Below are positions 20,651 to 29,559 of a stretch of 64,000 nt of DNA, in pieces. The notes beneath the pieces were generated by a model. The model was not told the origin of the DNA, did no database searches, and was given only the letters and a program-made list of their open reading frames with translations. Source of the DNA: a virus; IMG/VR virus record IMGVR_UViG_3300049893_002454, positions 32,001-96,000 of that record; one strand, written 5' to 3'. The translations under genes and the position numbers were made by a program. Every line of letters begins with the position of its first letter. Within the stretch, counting starts at the first letter, position 1.

Positions 20651-20704
20651 TACTAGCACGTCTACGAGCACTTGCATTAATATATAACTTACTACGGAGA
20701 GTGT

Positions 20705-21253
20705 ATGACAGACGATAGGGCCACCGAAGTTTCTGGTTTGAATTCTAAGGCAGAGTTGATAGAGATGTCGATTAGACACGACCACTCGCTGCCTGATGGT
20801 GGAGATATGTTGATAACGCGTATATTTGCAATTTCGCGAGAGGTGCCTCAAAATATCCATGATCTTGATGCCCCATATGCAGAGTACTTGGCAGGCGCAA
20901 TGCTTAAAGGAATGGCAATGTGCGGGGAGCTATACTCTCTTTCTATAAGCTACGAGCTACGCTGCGAGGCTGCCAAGAAGGCTGCGTTTAGTAGAGCAAT
21001 GATGGTAAAGGCATCGGAGGCTGGATTTAAATCAGCTAAAGATCGTGAACAATATGCCTTTGCAGACCTAGAGTTTATTGAAGCACAGCATAAATGCATT
21101 GAAGCAAAGATGTTTAAGACTATGATAGAAGAGAAAAAACAACTTTTTCTTAAGGCTCACCACCTTATGAAAGATGTCGTATCGAAAGATACTGACTTAC
21201 CAGAGAAAAGCCCCCATGTTCGCAAGGATGAATGGGGCAGAAGAATAGTTTAA
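20705..21253 (+). CDS. hypothetical helical protein, possibly a UvsY-like recombination mediator
   Basis: GGAG RBS; helical, 182 aa, directly upstream of the SSB gene; the UvsY call rests on context and weak resemblance only. Confidence 0.45.
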   Translation: MTDDRATEVSGLNSKAELIEMSIRHDHSLPDGGDMLITRIFAISREVPQNIHDLDAPYAEYLAGAMLKGMAMCGELYSLSISYELRCEAAKKAAFSRAMMVKASEAGFKSAKDREQYAFADLEFIEAQHKCIEAKMFKTMIEEKKQLFLKAHHLMKDVVSKDTDLPEKSPHVRKDEWGRRIV

Positions 21254-21257
21254 TAAT

Positions 21258-21282
21258 TAAAACTTACACATAAAACTTACAC
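21258..21282 (+). repeat. two 12-nt direct repeats (TAAAACTTACAC) in the SSB leader
   Basis: Copies at 21258-21269 and 21271-21282, just upstream of the GGAG RBS. Confidence 0.85.
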
Positions 21283-21297
21283 TATGGAGAAAACATT

Positions 21298-21984
21298 ATG
21301 ACACAACCAGCATTCGGCAAACTAAATTCTTGGCTACCAGATGGAGGGGATTCTTCCGGAGCCCCATTTGATAAGGATGACTTCCTTAATATGAAAGAGG
21401 ATGGTAGATATCTTCTTCGTATAGTTCAGGATGCACCGTGTATATTTGCAATACATTGGGCTACTGATGTTCAAGGTCGTCCACGTAGAGTGAACTGCGC
21501 ACTTAATGATTGCCCTCTCTGTCTTGAAGGCAATAAGGCTCAGCCCAAGTTTATCATTGCAGCAATCAATCGAGAGCGCGGCCGAGTGCAATTAGTGGAA
21601 TTTGGCAAGCAAGTATATAGCCAAATTGTAAATCTACGACAAGATAAGGACTGGGGCGATCCACGCAATTATGATATTAAGATAGACAAGGATCGTGGTC
21701 GCGGCATATCACACACTTATATTGTCACTGCAGTTCCTCGTAATATTGGCCCGATCAATCAGGAAGAGAGCCTGATGGCTAAGGATTTCCTGGGACGAGT
21801 TAATGCAGAGAAATTCGCGCAGCCATCTAAAGTTGCTGAGATATTGCGTAAATTAGGCCGTTCAGAAGCTGATGCTCCTAATCCTGCGGCAGCATTTACA
21901 AGCGTAGGTGGTAGTGGCAGCGGCTCTCTTGCGGCCAAAACTGCTGCTAACATTGCAGAGGATGATGATTTTGACTTTCAATGA
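21298..21984 (+). CDS. single-stranded DNA-binding protein (T4 gp32-like)
   Basis: LRIV...HW...C...CPLC Zn ligands, GDP..YDIKI, acidic aromatic tail EDDDFDFQ; replication context. Confidence 0.8.
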   Translation: MTQPAFGKLNSWLPDGGDSSGAPFDKDDFLNMKEDGRYLLRIVQDAPCIFAIHWATDVQGRPRRVNCALNDCPLCLEGNKAQPKFIIAAINRERGRVQLVEFGKQVYSQIVNLRQDKDWGDPRNYDIKIDKDRGRGISHTYIVTAVPRNIGPINQEESLMAKDFLGRVNAEKFAQPSKVAEILRKLGRSEADAPNPAAAFTSVGGSGSGSLAAKTAANIAEDDDFDFQ

Positions 21985-22000
21985 ATAAATAATTGATATT

Positions 22001-22035
22001 ACATAGGGGCCTGAATTATGGCCCCTATGTTTGTA
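22001..22035 (+). terminator. rho-independent terminator after the SSB gene
   Basis: 11-bp stem ACATAGGGGCC / GGCCCCTATGT followed by TTGTATT. Confidence 0.75.
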
Positions 22036-22049
22036 TTCACGGAGGTACA

Positions 22050-22805
22050 TTGTCATTATCTATCCGCAATACTATATTGAATCTGAAAAATAGATGGAAT
22101 TTCTTTATAGCAGATAAGTATCTTAGAACATTAGGCTTCACTGATCTTTCTGCCGATTTGCATGATAAAAGCATACTATTTACATTTGACCAAGATCGTG
22201 TAGCCATACTTAATATGGATTATGATATGCTGGGCTATAGTATAGAAGCTACTGTTGTTTTACCGGCGCACATTCTTAGCCTAAAGACCATGTCAGATCT
22301 CTGTAATATAATTTTCACATACTGTTGTGCGGGCTCAGGGATAAGGCCTGCTGGAGATGACAGTATCCGCCTAAATGTCTCATATCATATAGGAGAGACG
22401 CTAAGTCTAGGTGGTATAAAACTAGGTATACAATATCTGTGTAAATGTCTAGCTACACTAGAGTTATATCTAGTCCAGCGCAATAAGAATATAGATAAGG
22501 AGATTTATGATCTATCTATGTTCGAGCACATTGATCTGACCGGATTCAATCCCCAAGATATGGGAGAGCAGAAAGAATTTATTTTTGGCTCATGGGAAGC
22601 GTACTCAAAGTCAGTACGTACAGAGTATGATGACTTCCCGAATCATCCATATGCGGTTGATGTATTATCTAAAATTAGTGCTTGTCAAATTTTTGAAGAA
22701 AAGAATGGGATACCAATATCTGAAATAGGCACTTGGTTAGTAGACGATATTATCCTTTATCGGCAAATGATAGAGACTTCTAAAACATCATTTGGGATAA
22801 ATTAA
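22050..22805 (+). CDS. hypothetical protein
   Basis: Track ORF 21993..22805; start moved to TTG 22050, which lies after the terminator and follows GGAGG. Confidence 0.65.
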   Translation: MSLSIRNTILNLKNRWNFFIADKYLRTLGFTDLSADLHDKSILFTFDQDRVAILNMDYDMLGYSIEATVVLPAHILSLKTMSDLCNIIFTYCCAGSGIRPAGDDSIRLNVSYHIGETLSLGGIKLGIQYLCKCLATLELYLVQRNKNIDKEIYDLSMFEHIDLTGFNPQDMGEQKEFIFGSWEAYSKSVRTEYDDFPNHPYAVDVLSKISACQIFEEKNGIPISEIGTWLVDDIILYRQMIETSKTSFGIN

Positions 22806-22815
22806 CGACGATAGG

Positions 22816-23490
22816 ATGTATATATTTGCCATGACTACAGTTCTGGCACTAGATATATCTTCCGCCTCTACAGGTATTTGTGTATATAAAGACGGCGATA
22901 TATTATACAATGAGGCAGTGCGCTTAAAGCAAAAGTCTCATGCTGAGCGCCTATTGATATTTGAGGTCGCACTTAAAGCAATTATCTCAACATATAATCC
23001 AGATATAATTGCTATAGAGGATTGCTGGCAGGGTTCAAACAGAAAGACATTTAAAGTACTCGCGCTCTACCATGGAGTAGCATACAAAATATGCTATGAG
23101 ACTACTCGCAAAGAGCCGTTTGTCATAATGCCATCTGAGGTGCGTAAATGTATAGGTCACTATGCAAAAGTAGAGCTAATCTCCTCTAAGAAGAGAGGTC
23201 TGCGTAGAGGTGATGGCTCAGATAGTAAGAAGCTTACATATGATTTCATTGTAAAGCTTTTTTCATTAAAAGAATATACATTTGAAAACAACAATGATCA
23301 AACAGATGCTATAGCAGTTGCGCTAGCATATAGCTTGGTGAGTGGAAATGAACAGACAAGAAGCATATTCGATACTGGGGCTGAAACCGGGAGCAGCGGA
23401 AGAGGACGTAAAAAAGGCGTACCGAAATCTAGCATTTCAGCATCACCCGGACCGAAACCCCGGAAACAAAGAGTCAGAAGAAAAGTTTAA
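22816..23490 (+). CDS. ruvC: RuvC-like Holliday junction resolvase
   Basis: [29 protein letters not shown] (RNase H-fold acidic residues). Confidence 0.85.
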   Translation: MYIFAMTTVLALDISSASTGICVYKDGDILYNEAVRLKQKSHAERLLIFEVALKAIISTYNPDIIAIEDCWQGSNRKTFKVLALYHGVAYKICYETTRKEPFVIMPSEVRKCIGHYAKVELISSKKRGLRRGDGSDSKKLTYDFIVKLFSLKEYTFENNNDQTDAIAVALAYSLVSGNEQTRSIFDTGAETGSSGRGRKKGVPKSSISASPGPKPRKQRVRRKV

Positions 23491-24352
23491 GAAGATATCA
23501 GCAGCATACCAGGAGATTACAAACCCTGATACTGTCAACTATGAACATCACCATGGTCAACAGTCAGGGAGCTCATTTATAAATGATCTCTTTAATAGCG
23601 ATTTCTTTGGCAATATATTTGGGAGACAAGGAAATCGTAATCAACATAGCAGCAATAGTCCTGGAGAAGATCATACTATCGTACTAAATCTCTCTTTCAA
23701 AGAAGCTTGTTTGGGCGGAGATAAGCAGATCGAGTTCACTGCTCCAGAAGTATGCAATGAGTGTAATGGAGCAGGCGGTGCAGCAGAAGATCGAATAACC
23801 TGCAGTGACTGTAATGGTCTGGGAGTAATAGACCGTGGTTCAAATGGACATGTTGTATTTAGAGTTACCTGTACGAAGTGCGCCGGGCGTGGTGCGAGCT
23901 TTAATAAGCTTTGTGCGAAGTGCCACGGGCAAGGAAAAATGCGGGTCGATAAATCATGCAATGTTCACATACCTCCGGGCATACAGGCAGGCATGACACT
24001 GCGTCTAGCTGGAATGGGCGGAAAGTCCCTGTCTGGCGGCAGGAGTGGTAATTTATTTATCAAAATTAACGTGGAGCCACATCCAACAATGTGGAGAGAG
24101 GGCAATGATATTTTATCTATCGCCTCAATTAGTCTAAAGTCAGCGCTACTGGGTTGCGAATTAGAGGTTGAAACCCTACACGGCGTATATTCAATGAAAA
24201 TACCTCCATGTACCAAGCCAGGGCAAAAGCTAGCCATAAGAGACAAGGGCATACATGGTAATACTATTGGCAGTCACATAGCAGTATGCAATGTCGAATT
24301 TCCAGAATCATTAACACAAGAACAACAAGAGCAGCTTAAAAATATTCTATAG
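23342..24352 (+). CDS. dnaJ: DnaJ (type I Hsp40) chaperone
   Basis: J domain with HPD, G/F-like linker, four CxxCxGxG-type repeats, C-terminal IPPG and GNLFIKINV. Confidence 0.95.
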   Translation: MEMNRQEAYSILGLKPGAAEEDVKKAYRNLAFQHHPDRNPGNKESEEKFKKISAAYQEITNPDTVNYEHHHGQQSGSSFINDLFNSDFFGNIFGRQGNRNQHSSNSPGEDHTIVLNLSFKEACLGGDKQIEFTAPEVCNECNGAGGAAEDRITCSDCNGLGVIDRGSNGHVVFRVTCTKCAGRGASFNKLCAKCHGQGKMRVDKSCNVHIPPGIQAGMTLRLAGMGGKSLSGGRSGNLFIKINVEPHPTMWREGNDILSIASISLKSALLGCELEVETLHGVYSMKIPPCTKPGQKLAIRDKGIHGNTIGSHIAVCNVEFPESLTQEQQEQLKNIL

Positions 24353-24363
24353 GAGCAATCTAT

Positions 24364-25515
24364 ATGGCGAAACCTACTAAGACAGAGACACCAGCAGCAG
24401 ACACTAACTTTGATGATATTTGGAAAGAATTAAACAAAAGTCATGGGGGCCATGCATTCTTTGATGGGGACGATGAGGACAGATTTGACTGGGAAGTTAT
24501 AGATTATCCGTGTGTGTCTTTGGGCGACGCAACGCATCATTGGGGGCTTCCTCTCGGCAGAGTAACTCAATTCCATGGTATAGAAAATTCTGGTAAAACG
24601 TTTATGGCCATGATTATGGTTAGGGAGACACTGAAGAAGTATCCTAATGCTTGGGTAGTGTGGGTAGATGCGGAAAGTTCATTTGATCGTGAGTGGGCCG
24701 CAAATCTAGGTATAGACTTGACAAGAGTGAAGATTATTGAGGATAATGAAGGCGCAGAAATCTTCAACCGACTATGCGGCAAATTCACTTCTACTGGAAA
24801 GAAGATTCCCGGTATCTTAGACATGGCTGTTGATAAGAAGATAGACATCAAATTAATTGTACTGGACAGCATCGCCGCTCTAGTAGCTCCGGCCGAAGAG
24901 GGTAGAAACTTTAATGAAATGGAAATGGGGGCCCTCCCTAAATTCCTAAAGAGGGCCTTTACACGATTGCGTCCAATGCTTAAAAGAGCAGAAACTGCAT
25001 TTATTGCTATTAATCAAGCACGCGAAATACTCACCTTTGGAGCGCAGGGTATTTCATATCCGGGCGGAAAGACTTGGAGGCATTCTATGGACTTTGCCAT
25101 CAAGATGCATCCCAGCAGTGCTGCTGACGGCAAATTAGAAGATGATCATGGCAAGATCGGACATAAGATAATTGCTACTGTAGAGAAGTGTCGGGGCGGA
25201 GTGAACTTATATCAGGCGGAGTTCTGGTTTGATTTTCGCAAGGGTGTTGTAAGGCAGGGTGAGGAGCTCGGAACATTGGCTGCTGCATATGGGGTAGTTG
25301 AAAGGCCGAATCTTGTAACCTGGGCATATAACGGACAATCCTTTAAAGGAAAGGAGGCATTCTTTGGATTTCTAGAGGAGCATCCTGCCGTGTATACCGA
25401 AATTATGGACAAGATTAAAATTGCAAAGCGTAATCACATTCGCCGGTCACTAACTCTTTCCGATGAAGGCGAGACCGTCGCCGCTGCAACCGATAATTTT
25501 TTTGCTAAGGATTGA
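24364..25515 (+). CDS. recA: RecA/UvsX-like recombinase
   Basis: GLPLGR, Walker A GIENSGKT, VDAESSFD, Walker B LDSIAAL, INQARE, PGGK. Confidence 0.93.
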   Translation: MAKPTKTETPAADTNFDDIWKELNKSHGGHAFFDGDDEDRFDWEVIDYPCVSLGDATHHWGLPLGRVTQFHGIENSGKTFMAMIMVRETLKKYPNAWVVWVDAESSFDREWAANLGIDLTRVKIIEDNEGAEIFNRLCGKFTSTGKKIPGILDMAVDKKIDIKLIVLDSIAALVAPAEEGRNFNEMEMGALPKFLKRAFTRLRPMLKRAETAFIAINQAREILTFGAQGISYPGGKTWRHSMDFAIKMHPSSAADGKLEDDHGKIGHKIIATVEKCRGGVNLYQAEFWFDFRKGVVRQGEELGTLAAAYGVVERPNLVTWAYNGQSFKGKEAFFGFLEEHPAVYTEIMDKIKIAKRNHIRRSLTLSDEGETVAAATDNFFAKD

Positions 25516-26412
25516 GGAGAGCTAGTATATGACTTTTGAAATCATGAAGGGCTGGAGCCCAAAATTTTCATCTATAGAATTTGCTGGCCGCAGTGTATCG
25601 GAAATAGACCGTGTAATTTCACGACGCGTACGTGGGCGCCTTGTGGGTATTAAAATATGTCAATCATATGAAGATATCATCCGTACATTGCCTAAATTTC
25701 TTGAAAAGGTGGCCTCCAAATTAGGCTGCAGCACATCAGATATAAGCGCGGAGAGTTTATCTTTTGCCACATCAACTTTATATATAAAGCTGAATTTAAA
25801 GGCATGGAAATCAGCTCTCCGTTCTGATGCTACTAAGGCTTGGGAAGTAGCTCGAAAGAGAGAGCTTGCAGTGATTAAGAAACAGAAGCTCCTTAAGACT
25901 AGGATGGTTACCATGAGAAAGCTCAAATACGCTCGTTCACGTGCAACCGATAATTTTTTTGCTAAGGATTGAGGAGAGCTAGTATATGACTTTTGAAATC
26001 ATGAAGGGCTGGCGCCCCAGATTTTCATCTCGGGACTTTTTTGGCCGCAGTGTATCGGAAATAGACCGTGTAATTTCACGATGCGTACGTGGGCGACTGG
26101 TGGGCATTAAACTACATGACCCATATGAAGGCGATAGTCGCATGTTATCAAAGCTTCTCGAAAAGATAGCTTCTCAACTAGGCTGTAGTCCATCAGACGT
26201 AAGTGCGCATAGCCTATACTTTACTAAATCAATATTATATATATCGCTGAGTTTAGAGGCATATAAAACACTTTGCCGCTCTGATGCTACTAAGGCTTGG
26301 GAAATATCTCACAGGAGAGTAATTGCAGAGACTGAGAGAAAGAAACTTCTTAATGATAGGGAGCATGCCATGAAAAAGCTCGATCCTCGCGAAAATACGC
26401 TCGTTCACGTGC
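25485..26412 (+). repeat. tandem duplication (457-bp offset) beginning in the recA 3' end
   Basis: 25485-25555 is identical to 25942-26012; AAATACGCTCGTTCACGTGC recurs at both unit ends; interiors are diverged but alignable. Confidence 0.9.
25529..25972 (+). CDS. hypothetical protein, truncated paralog of 25986..26585 ending in the RecA C-terminal peptide
   Basis: Same N-terminus MTFEIMKGW; ends ATDNFFAKD exactly like RecA. Confidence 0.75.
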   Translation: MTFEIMKGWSPKFSSIEFAGRSVSEIDRVISRRVRGRLVGIKICQSYEDIIRTLPKFLEKVASKLGCSTSDISAESLSFATSTLYIKLNLKAWKSALRSDATKAWEVARKRELAVIKKQKLLKTRMVTMRKLKYARSRATDNFFAKD

Positions 26413-26585
26413 GCCTGAACTATAAAGGAAACATGGAAGCTCATGTTATAGGTGATTTTCCAAACCACACTCTAATAAAGTTGCCGAAAAAGTTTTATAT
26501 TAGTGGCGCATATTATACATCAGAGTGGATATTAGATAAGAACACGTACTGGCTTCCAAAAGGCAAACTTACTAGAGTAGCCTAA
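25986..26585 (+). CDS. hypothetical protein, full-length paralog of 25529..25972
   Basis: GAGGAG RBS; aligns with the upstream copy and has an extra C-terminal beta-rich region. Confidence 0.75.
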   Translation: MTFEIMKGWRPRFSSRDFFGRSVSEIDRVISRCVRGRLVGIKLHDPYEGDSRMLSKLLEKIASQLGCSPSDVSAHSLYFTKSILYISLSLEAYKTLCRSDATKAWEISHRRVIAETERKKLLNDREHAMKKLDPRENTLVHVRLNYKGNMEAHVIGDFPNHTLIKLPKKFYISGAYYTSEWILDKNTYWLPKGKLTRVA

Positions 26586-26607
26586 AATATATGTATTAGG
26601 AGAATCA

Positions 26608-26973
26608 ATGTTAATTCAATGTACCCATAAGGGATGTTATGCACAGGATCACCATCTATTAGATATAGGTTCTGATGAGGTTACCTGCAATAACTGCGGA
26701 AACGCAATCAATTTACCACCAACCACTAAGAAGGCGCTGGTTACCATGAATCAGATACGTAAGACCCCGAAATCCGGACTTACGTTCAAGTGCAAGAGCT
26801 GCGGTCATAATAGCAAGCCGTTATTGAAGACCCTTTCAGGCGGCGTAACAATCGCTACTTGCCGCAAATGTGACAAGCAGATAGATATGCATCCATCATT
26901 TATCTTAGCTATGCGCGAAATGGGGGCAGATTATTTATCCAATGCGCCAGACGCAGAGGAAGGTGATGGTTGA
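26608..26973 (+). CDS. multi-Zn-ribbon protein
   Basis: CTHKGC, CNNC, CKSC, CRKC; AGGAG RBS; immediately upstream of the primase core. Confidence 0.75.
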   Translation: MLIQCTHKGCYAQDHHLLDIGSDEVTCNNCGNAINLPPTTKKALVTMNQIRKTPKSGLTFKCKSCGHNSKPLLKTLSGGVTIATCRKCDKQIDMHPSFILAMREMGADYLSNAPDAEEGDG

Positions 26974-27721
26974 TTTAGAGAAATCAATGGCACTAGACTT
27001 CATTATTAATGAGTGCCAAAATGCATTGCATACTGATGATGAAGTCTATAATTATCTGTCACGTACTAGATTGTTGACAGATGATATTATACGTAAATTT
27101 CGTTTGGGAGCATTTCCAAGAAATTTAAAGTATATAGTTAATAATGTAGATGCAGAGATACTTAAGCAATTAAAGATTGCTTGGGTTTCACAATACGACG
27201 GTAGTGGTATATGCAAATTTCGCGATCACTACCGCTTCGTTGCTCCTATATATGATGCATATGGTAGAGCGATAGGTCTGATGGGCAGGTATTTAGGTAC
27301 CGAAGCTGAACGCGAAGCATTAGGTATACATAAATATGACAATAGTGATTACCCGAAGCATACCACTCTATACGGTCTCCATTTAGCTAAAGAGCATATT
27401 CGTTTAAAAAATAAAGCCCTTGTTGTTGAGGGAATTCTTGATGTGATCAAATGTCACCAGCACGGCATAGATACTGCCGTAGCTACCGCAGGTGCATTTA
27501 TTAAGCTAGAGCATTTGGCACAGTTAGCACGATATACATCCGATATATATTTGGGGTTTGACAATGATGAAGCTGGCTCTAAAGCTATACAAAGAGCTAT
27601 GGATCTTAAGCGGCCTGGTATCAATCTAATTGAAAAGCGAGTGCCCAAGAAATACAAAGATATTGATGAGTATTTGACTGAAAAATACAATAAACTACAT
27701 ACTTCTAAAATGGATATTTAA
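26942..27721 (+). CDS. dnaG: DnaG-type primase catalytic core (TOPRIM), without the N-terminal Zn finger
   Basis: YL..R, F.LG, F..R...PI.D..G...G..GR, KYDNS, LYGL, VVEGILDV, FDNDEAG, KDIDEYL; likely start ATG 26966. Confidence 0.9.
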   Translation: MRQTQRKVMVDLEKSMALDFIINECQNALHTDDEVYNYLSRTRLLTDDIIRKFRLGAFPRNLKYIVNNVDAEILKQLKIAWVSQYDGSGICKFRDHYRFVAPIYDAYGRAIGLMGRYLGTEAEREALGIHKYDNSDYPKHTTLYGLHLAKEHIRLKNKALVVEGILDVIKCHQHGIDTAVATAGAFIKLEHLAQLARYTSDIYLGFDNDEAGSKAIQRAMDLKRPGINLIEKRVPKKYKDIDEYLTEKYNKLHTSKMDI

Positions 27722-27724
27722 TAA

Positions 27725-28228
27725 ATGAGAACCATACGTCAGAGATTCGCTGCAGACTTGGCTGTCCGTGCTCAGATAGAGAGGATAGAGTTATTTAAGG
27801 CGGGCATGCATATATGCACAAAGTACAAAGAGCTCGTTGATGAAATTATCGTTACCCCCCATCACGCAGATGCGATTTTACAAAGAGAAGAAAGTCTTTA
27901 CATAATTTGGCAATACTTCTCTACAATTATAGCAGCAGATACTGCAGGCATATATGGTGACCGTGGAGAGAGCTTAAATTTTATCAACACCCTGTGCCCG
28001 CAGACGATATATATCTATCTTATAGATGCTTATCAAGTCATGCGTACGGTCGCCAAGCACATAATGACATCGAGAGATCATCTATATAAAATAGCGCCCA
28101 TTACTAAGAATACCGTGCACATATATGTTTCTATATTACCAGACATCATGTATAAGTTTACATTTTACAAACTATCTGATGTGGAGTTTGAAAATGGTTC
28201 TGACCGAGCATATAGTTTCAAAATATAA
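27725..28228 (+). CDS. hypothetical protein, paralog family A (1 of 4)
   Basis: Shares the W.Y.....D...YG...C...Y.I....YKF pattern with the next three ORFs. Confidence 0.7.
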   Translation: MRTIRQRFAADLAVRAQIERIELFKAGMHICTKYKELVDEIIVTPHHADAILQREESLYIIWQYFSTIIAADTAGIYGDRGESLNFINTLCPQTIYIYLIDAYQVMRTVAKHIMTSRDHLYKIAPITKNTVHIYVSILPDIMYKFTFYKLSDVEFENGSDRAYSFKI

Positions 28229-28601
28229 GAGCCTTGAGTATGTTTCCCTCTATAACGCTGATGAATGTATTTATGAACTAAAGAGAGAGTCCGATGTTGA
28301 AGTTATATGGGAATACATATATCTATTGATGGCTCTTGATCGTGATAATATTCGAACGACAACTCAACCACTCAACGGAAATTATTGGGAGGTAGCCGGC
28401 TATATACTGGATAGCGGCTGCGCTAAATCTTCCTTTAAAAAGAAGAGTGCATTTAAAATAAAGACAAAATCAAACCTTCATATTTCCCAAATGCCTGAAC
28501 CAGATGAGATATACAAAGTTACGTTTGACTGGATCAATACCATATCTATAGTATCCCACATAGCCTATGAATACTATAGTGTATTTGAATTTACTATTTA
28601 A
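28125..28601 (+). CDS. hypothetical protein, paralog family A (2 of 4)
   Basis: IWEYIYLLMALD...GNY...GCAKS...YKVT; probable start is the downstream ATG near 28194 (GGAG upstream). Confidence 0.7.
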   Translation: MFLYYQTSCISLHFTNYLMWSLKMVLTEHIVSKYKSLEYVSLYNADECIYELKRESDVEVIWEYIYLLMALDRDNIRTTTQPLNGNYWEVAGYILDSGCAKSSFKKKSAFKIKTKSNLHISQMPEPDEIYKVTFDWINTISIVSHIAYEYYSVFEFTI

Positions 28602-28621
28602 ATAAATAAGAGTAGAATAAT

Positions 28622-29041
28622 ATGACTCCATATTTAGATGCAGATTACAGAAGTATTATAGACACTTTAATTACTAATCCTAACGAGTCATTCTTTATAC
28701 TGTATGCACCAGATAATGTTAAAGTTTTTTGGAGAAATTTTGCAAGACTTATCTCTTCAGATATTTGTCAAGCAGATAGTATATATGGAAATTATAGTGT
28801 GTTTAAAGACACTTTTGCGAGCGATAGATGTCCAGAATCATTAATCACTAACTTAGTTAGCTCGAATGTGCTCGGCCACATGGATCGTTATAGTCTTACA
28901 CTTCAGCCTGATTATAAGCACAAATATAGAATTACAGTAACGTCACCCAGCACAATGGATGTCGTCGTACACCTATATGGCCTTACCTATTATAAATTCA
29001 GTTTTAAGCAAAAAATCATCACAAATGGTGAGTGGCTATAA
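28622..29041 (+). CDS. hypothetical protein, paralog family A (3 of 4)
   Basis: FWRNFARLISSD...YGNY...RCPES...YRIT...YKFSF. Confidence 0.7.
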   Translation: MTPYLDADYRSIIDTLITNPNESFFILYAPDNVKVFWRNFARLISSDICQADSIYGNYSVFKDTFASDRCPESLITNLVSSNVLGHMDRYSLTLQPDYKHKYRITVTSPSTMDVVVHLYGLTYYKFSFKQKIITNGEWL

Positions 29042-29052
29042 AGGTATAATTT

Positions 29053-29448
29053 ATGAGCAACTATATCGTCAAAGAATATCAGAGAATTGTCAAACGTATC
29101 ATTAATGAGCCCGCTAGAGTATATAATATTCTCTCTTTTGACTATAATATCTACTCATTATGGCGATACACTGTTATGTTAGTGACCTTAGATCAGACTA
29201 ATGAGCGATATGATTATGGCAACTATTTGCGCTGGCCAGGCAATCTTCGAGAAAATAGATGTGCGGAGTCTTCGTGCAATATGCCAACTAGTATTCGCAT
29301 AATAACATCCGATCAAGTATACGATTCCATGATCTTGCCTTTACCTGAGCACCAATACATGATTACGACTAAAGCTGATGGAAGAGTGGATGTCGTGCTT
29401 AGATTGAATAATAATGTTTGGTGTAAATTCGTGGTTGAGGCTAGGTGA
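29053..29448 (+). CDS. hypothetical protein, paralog family A (4 of 4)
   Basis: LWRYTVMLVTLD...YGNY...RCAES...YMIT...CKF. Confidence 0.7.
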   Translation: MSNYIVKEYQRIVKRIINEPARVYNILSFDYNIYSLWRYTVMLVTLDQTNERYDYGNYLRWPGNLRENRCAESSCNMPTSIRIITSDQVYDSMILPLPEHQYMITTKADGRVDVVLRLNNNVWCKFVVEAR

Positions 29449-29559
29449 ATTTTGTATGGTGTCTAATTCAGCGAAATATAGTCATATTGATTATATCTAG
29501 CTATATCGGGACGTATAGTGTAAGTACAGTAGGGTTCAAATGAAGTTGGCGAGGTATAG

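Noticed and set aside
25485-26412. Diversity-generating retroelement TR/VR pair
   Set aside because: Differences are not restricted to adenines and no reverse transcriptase is present in the window
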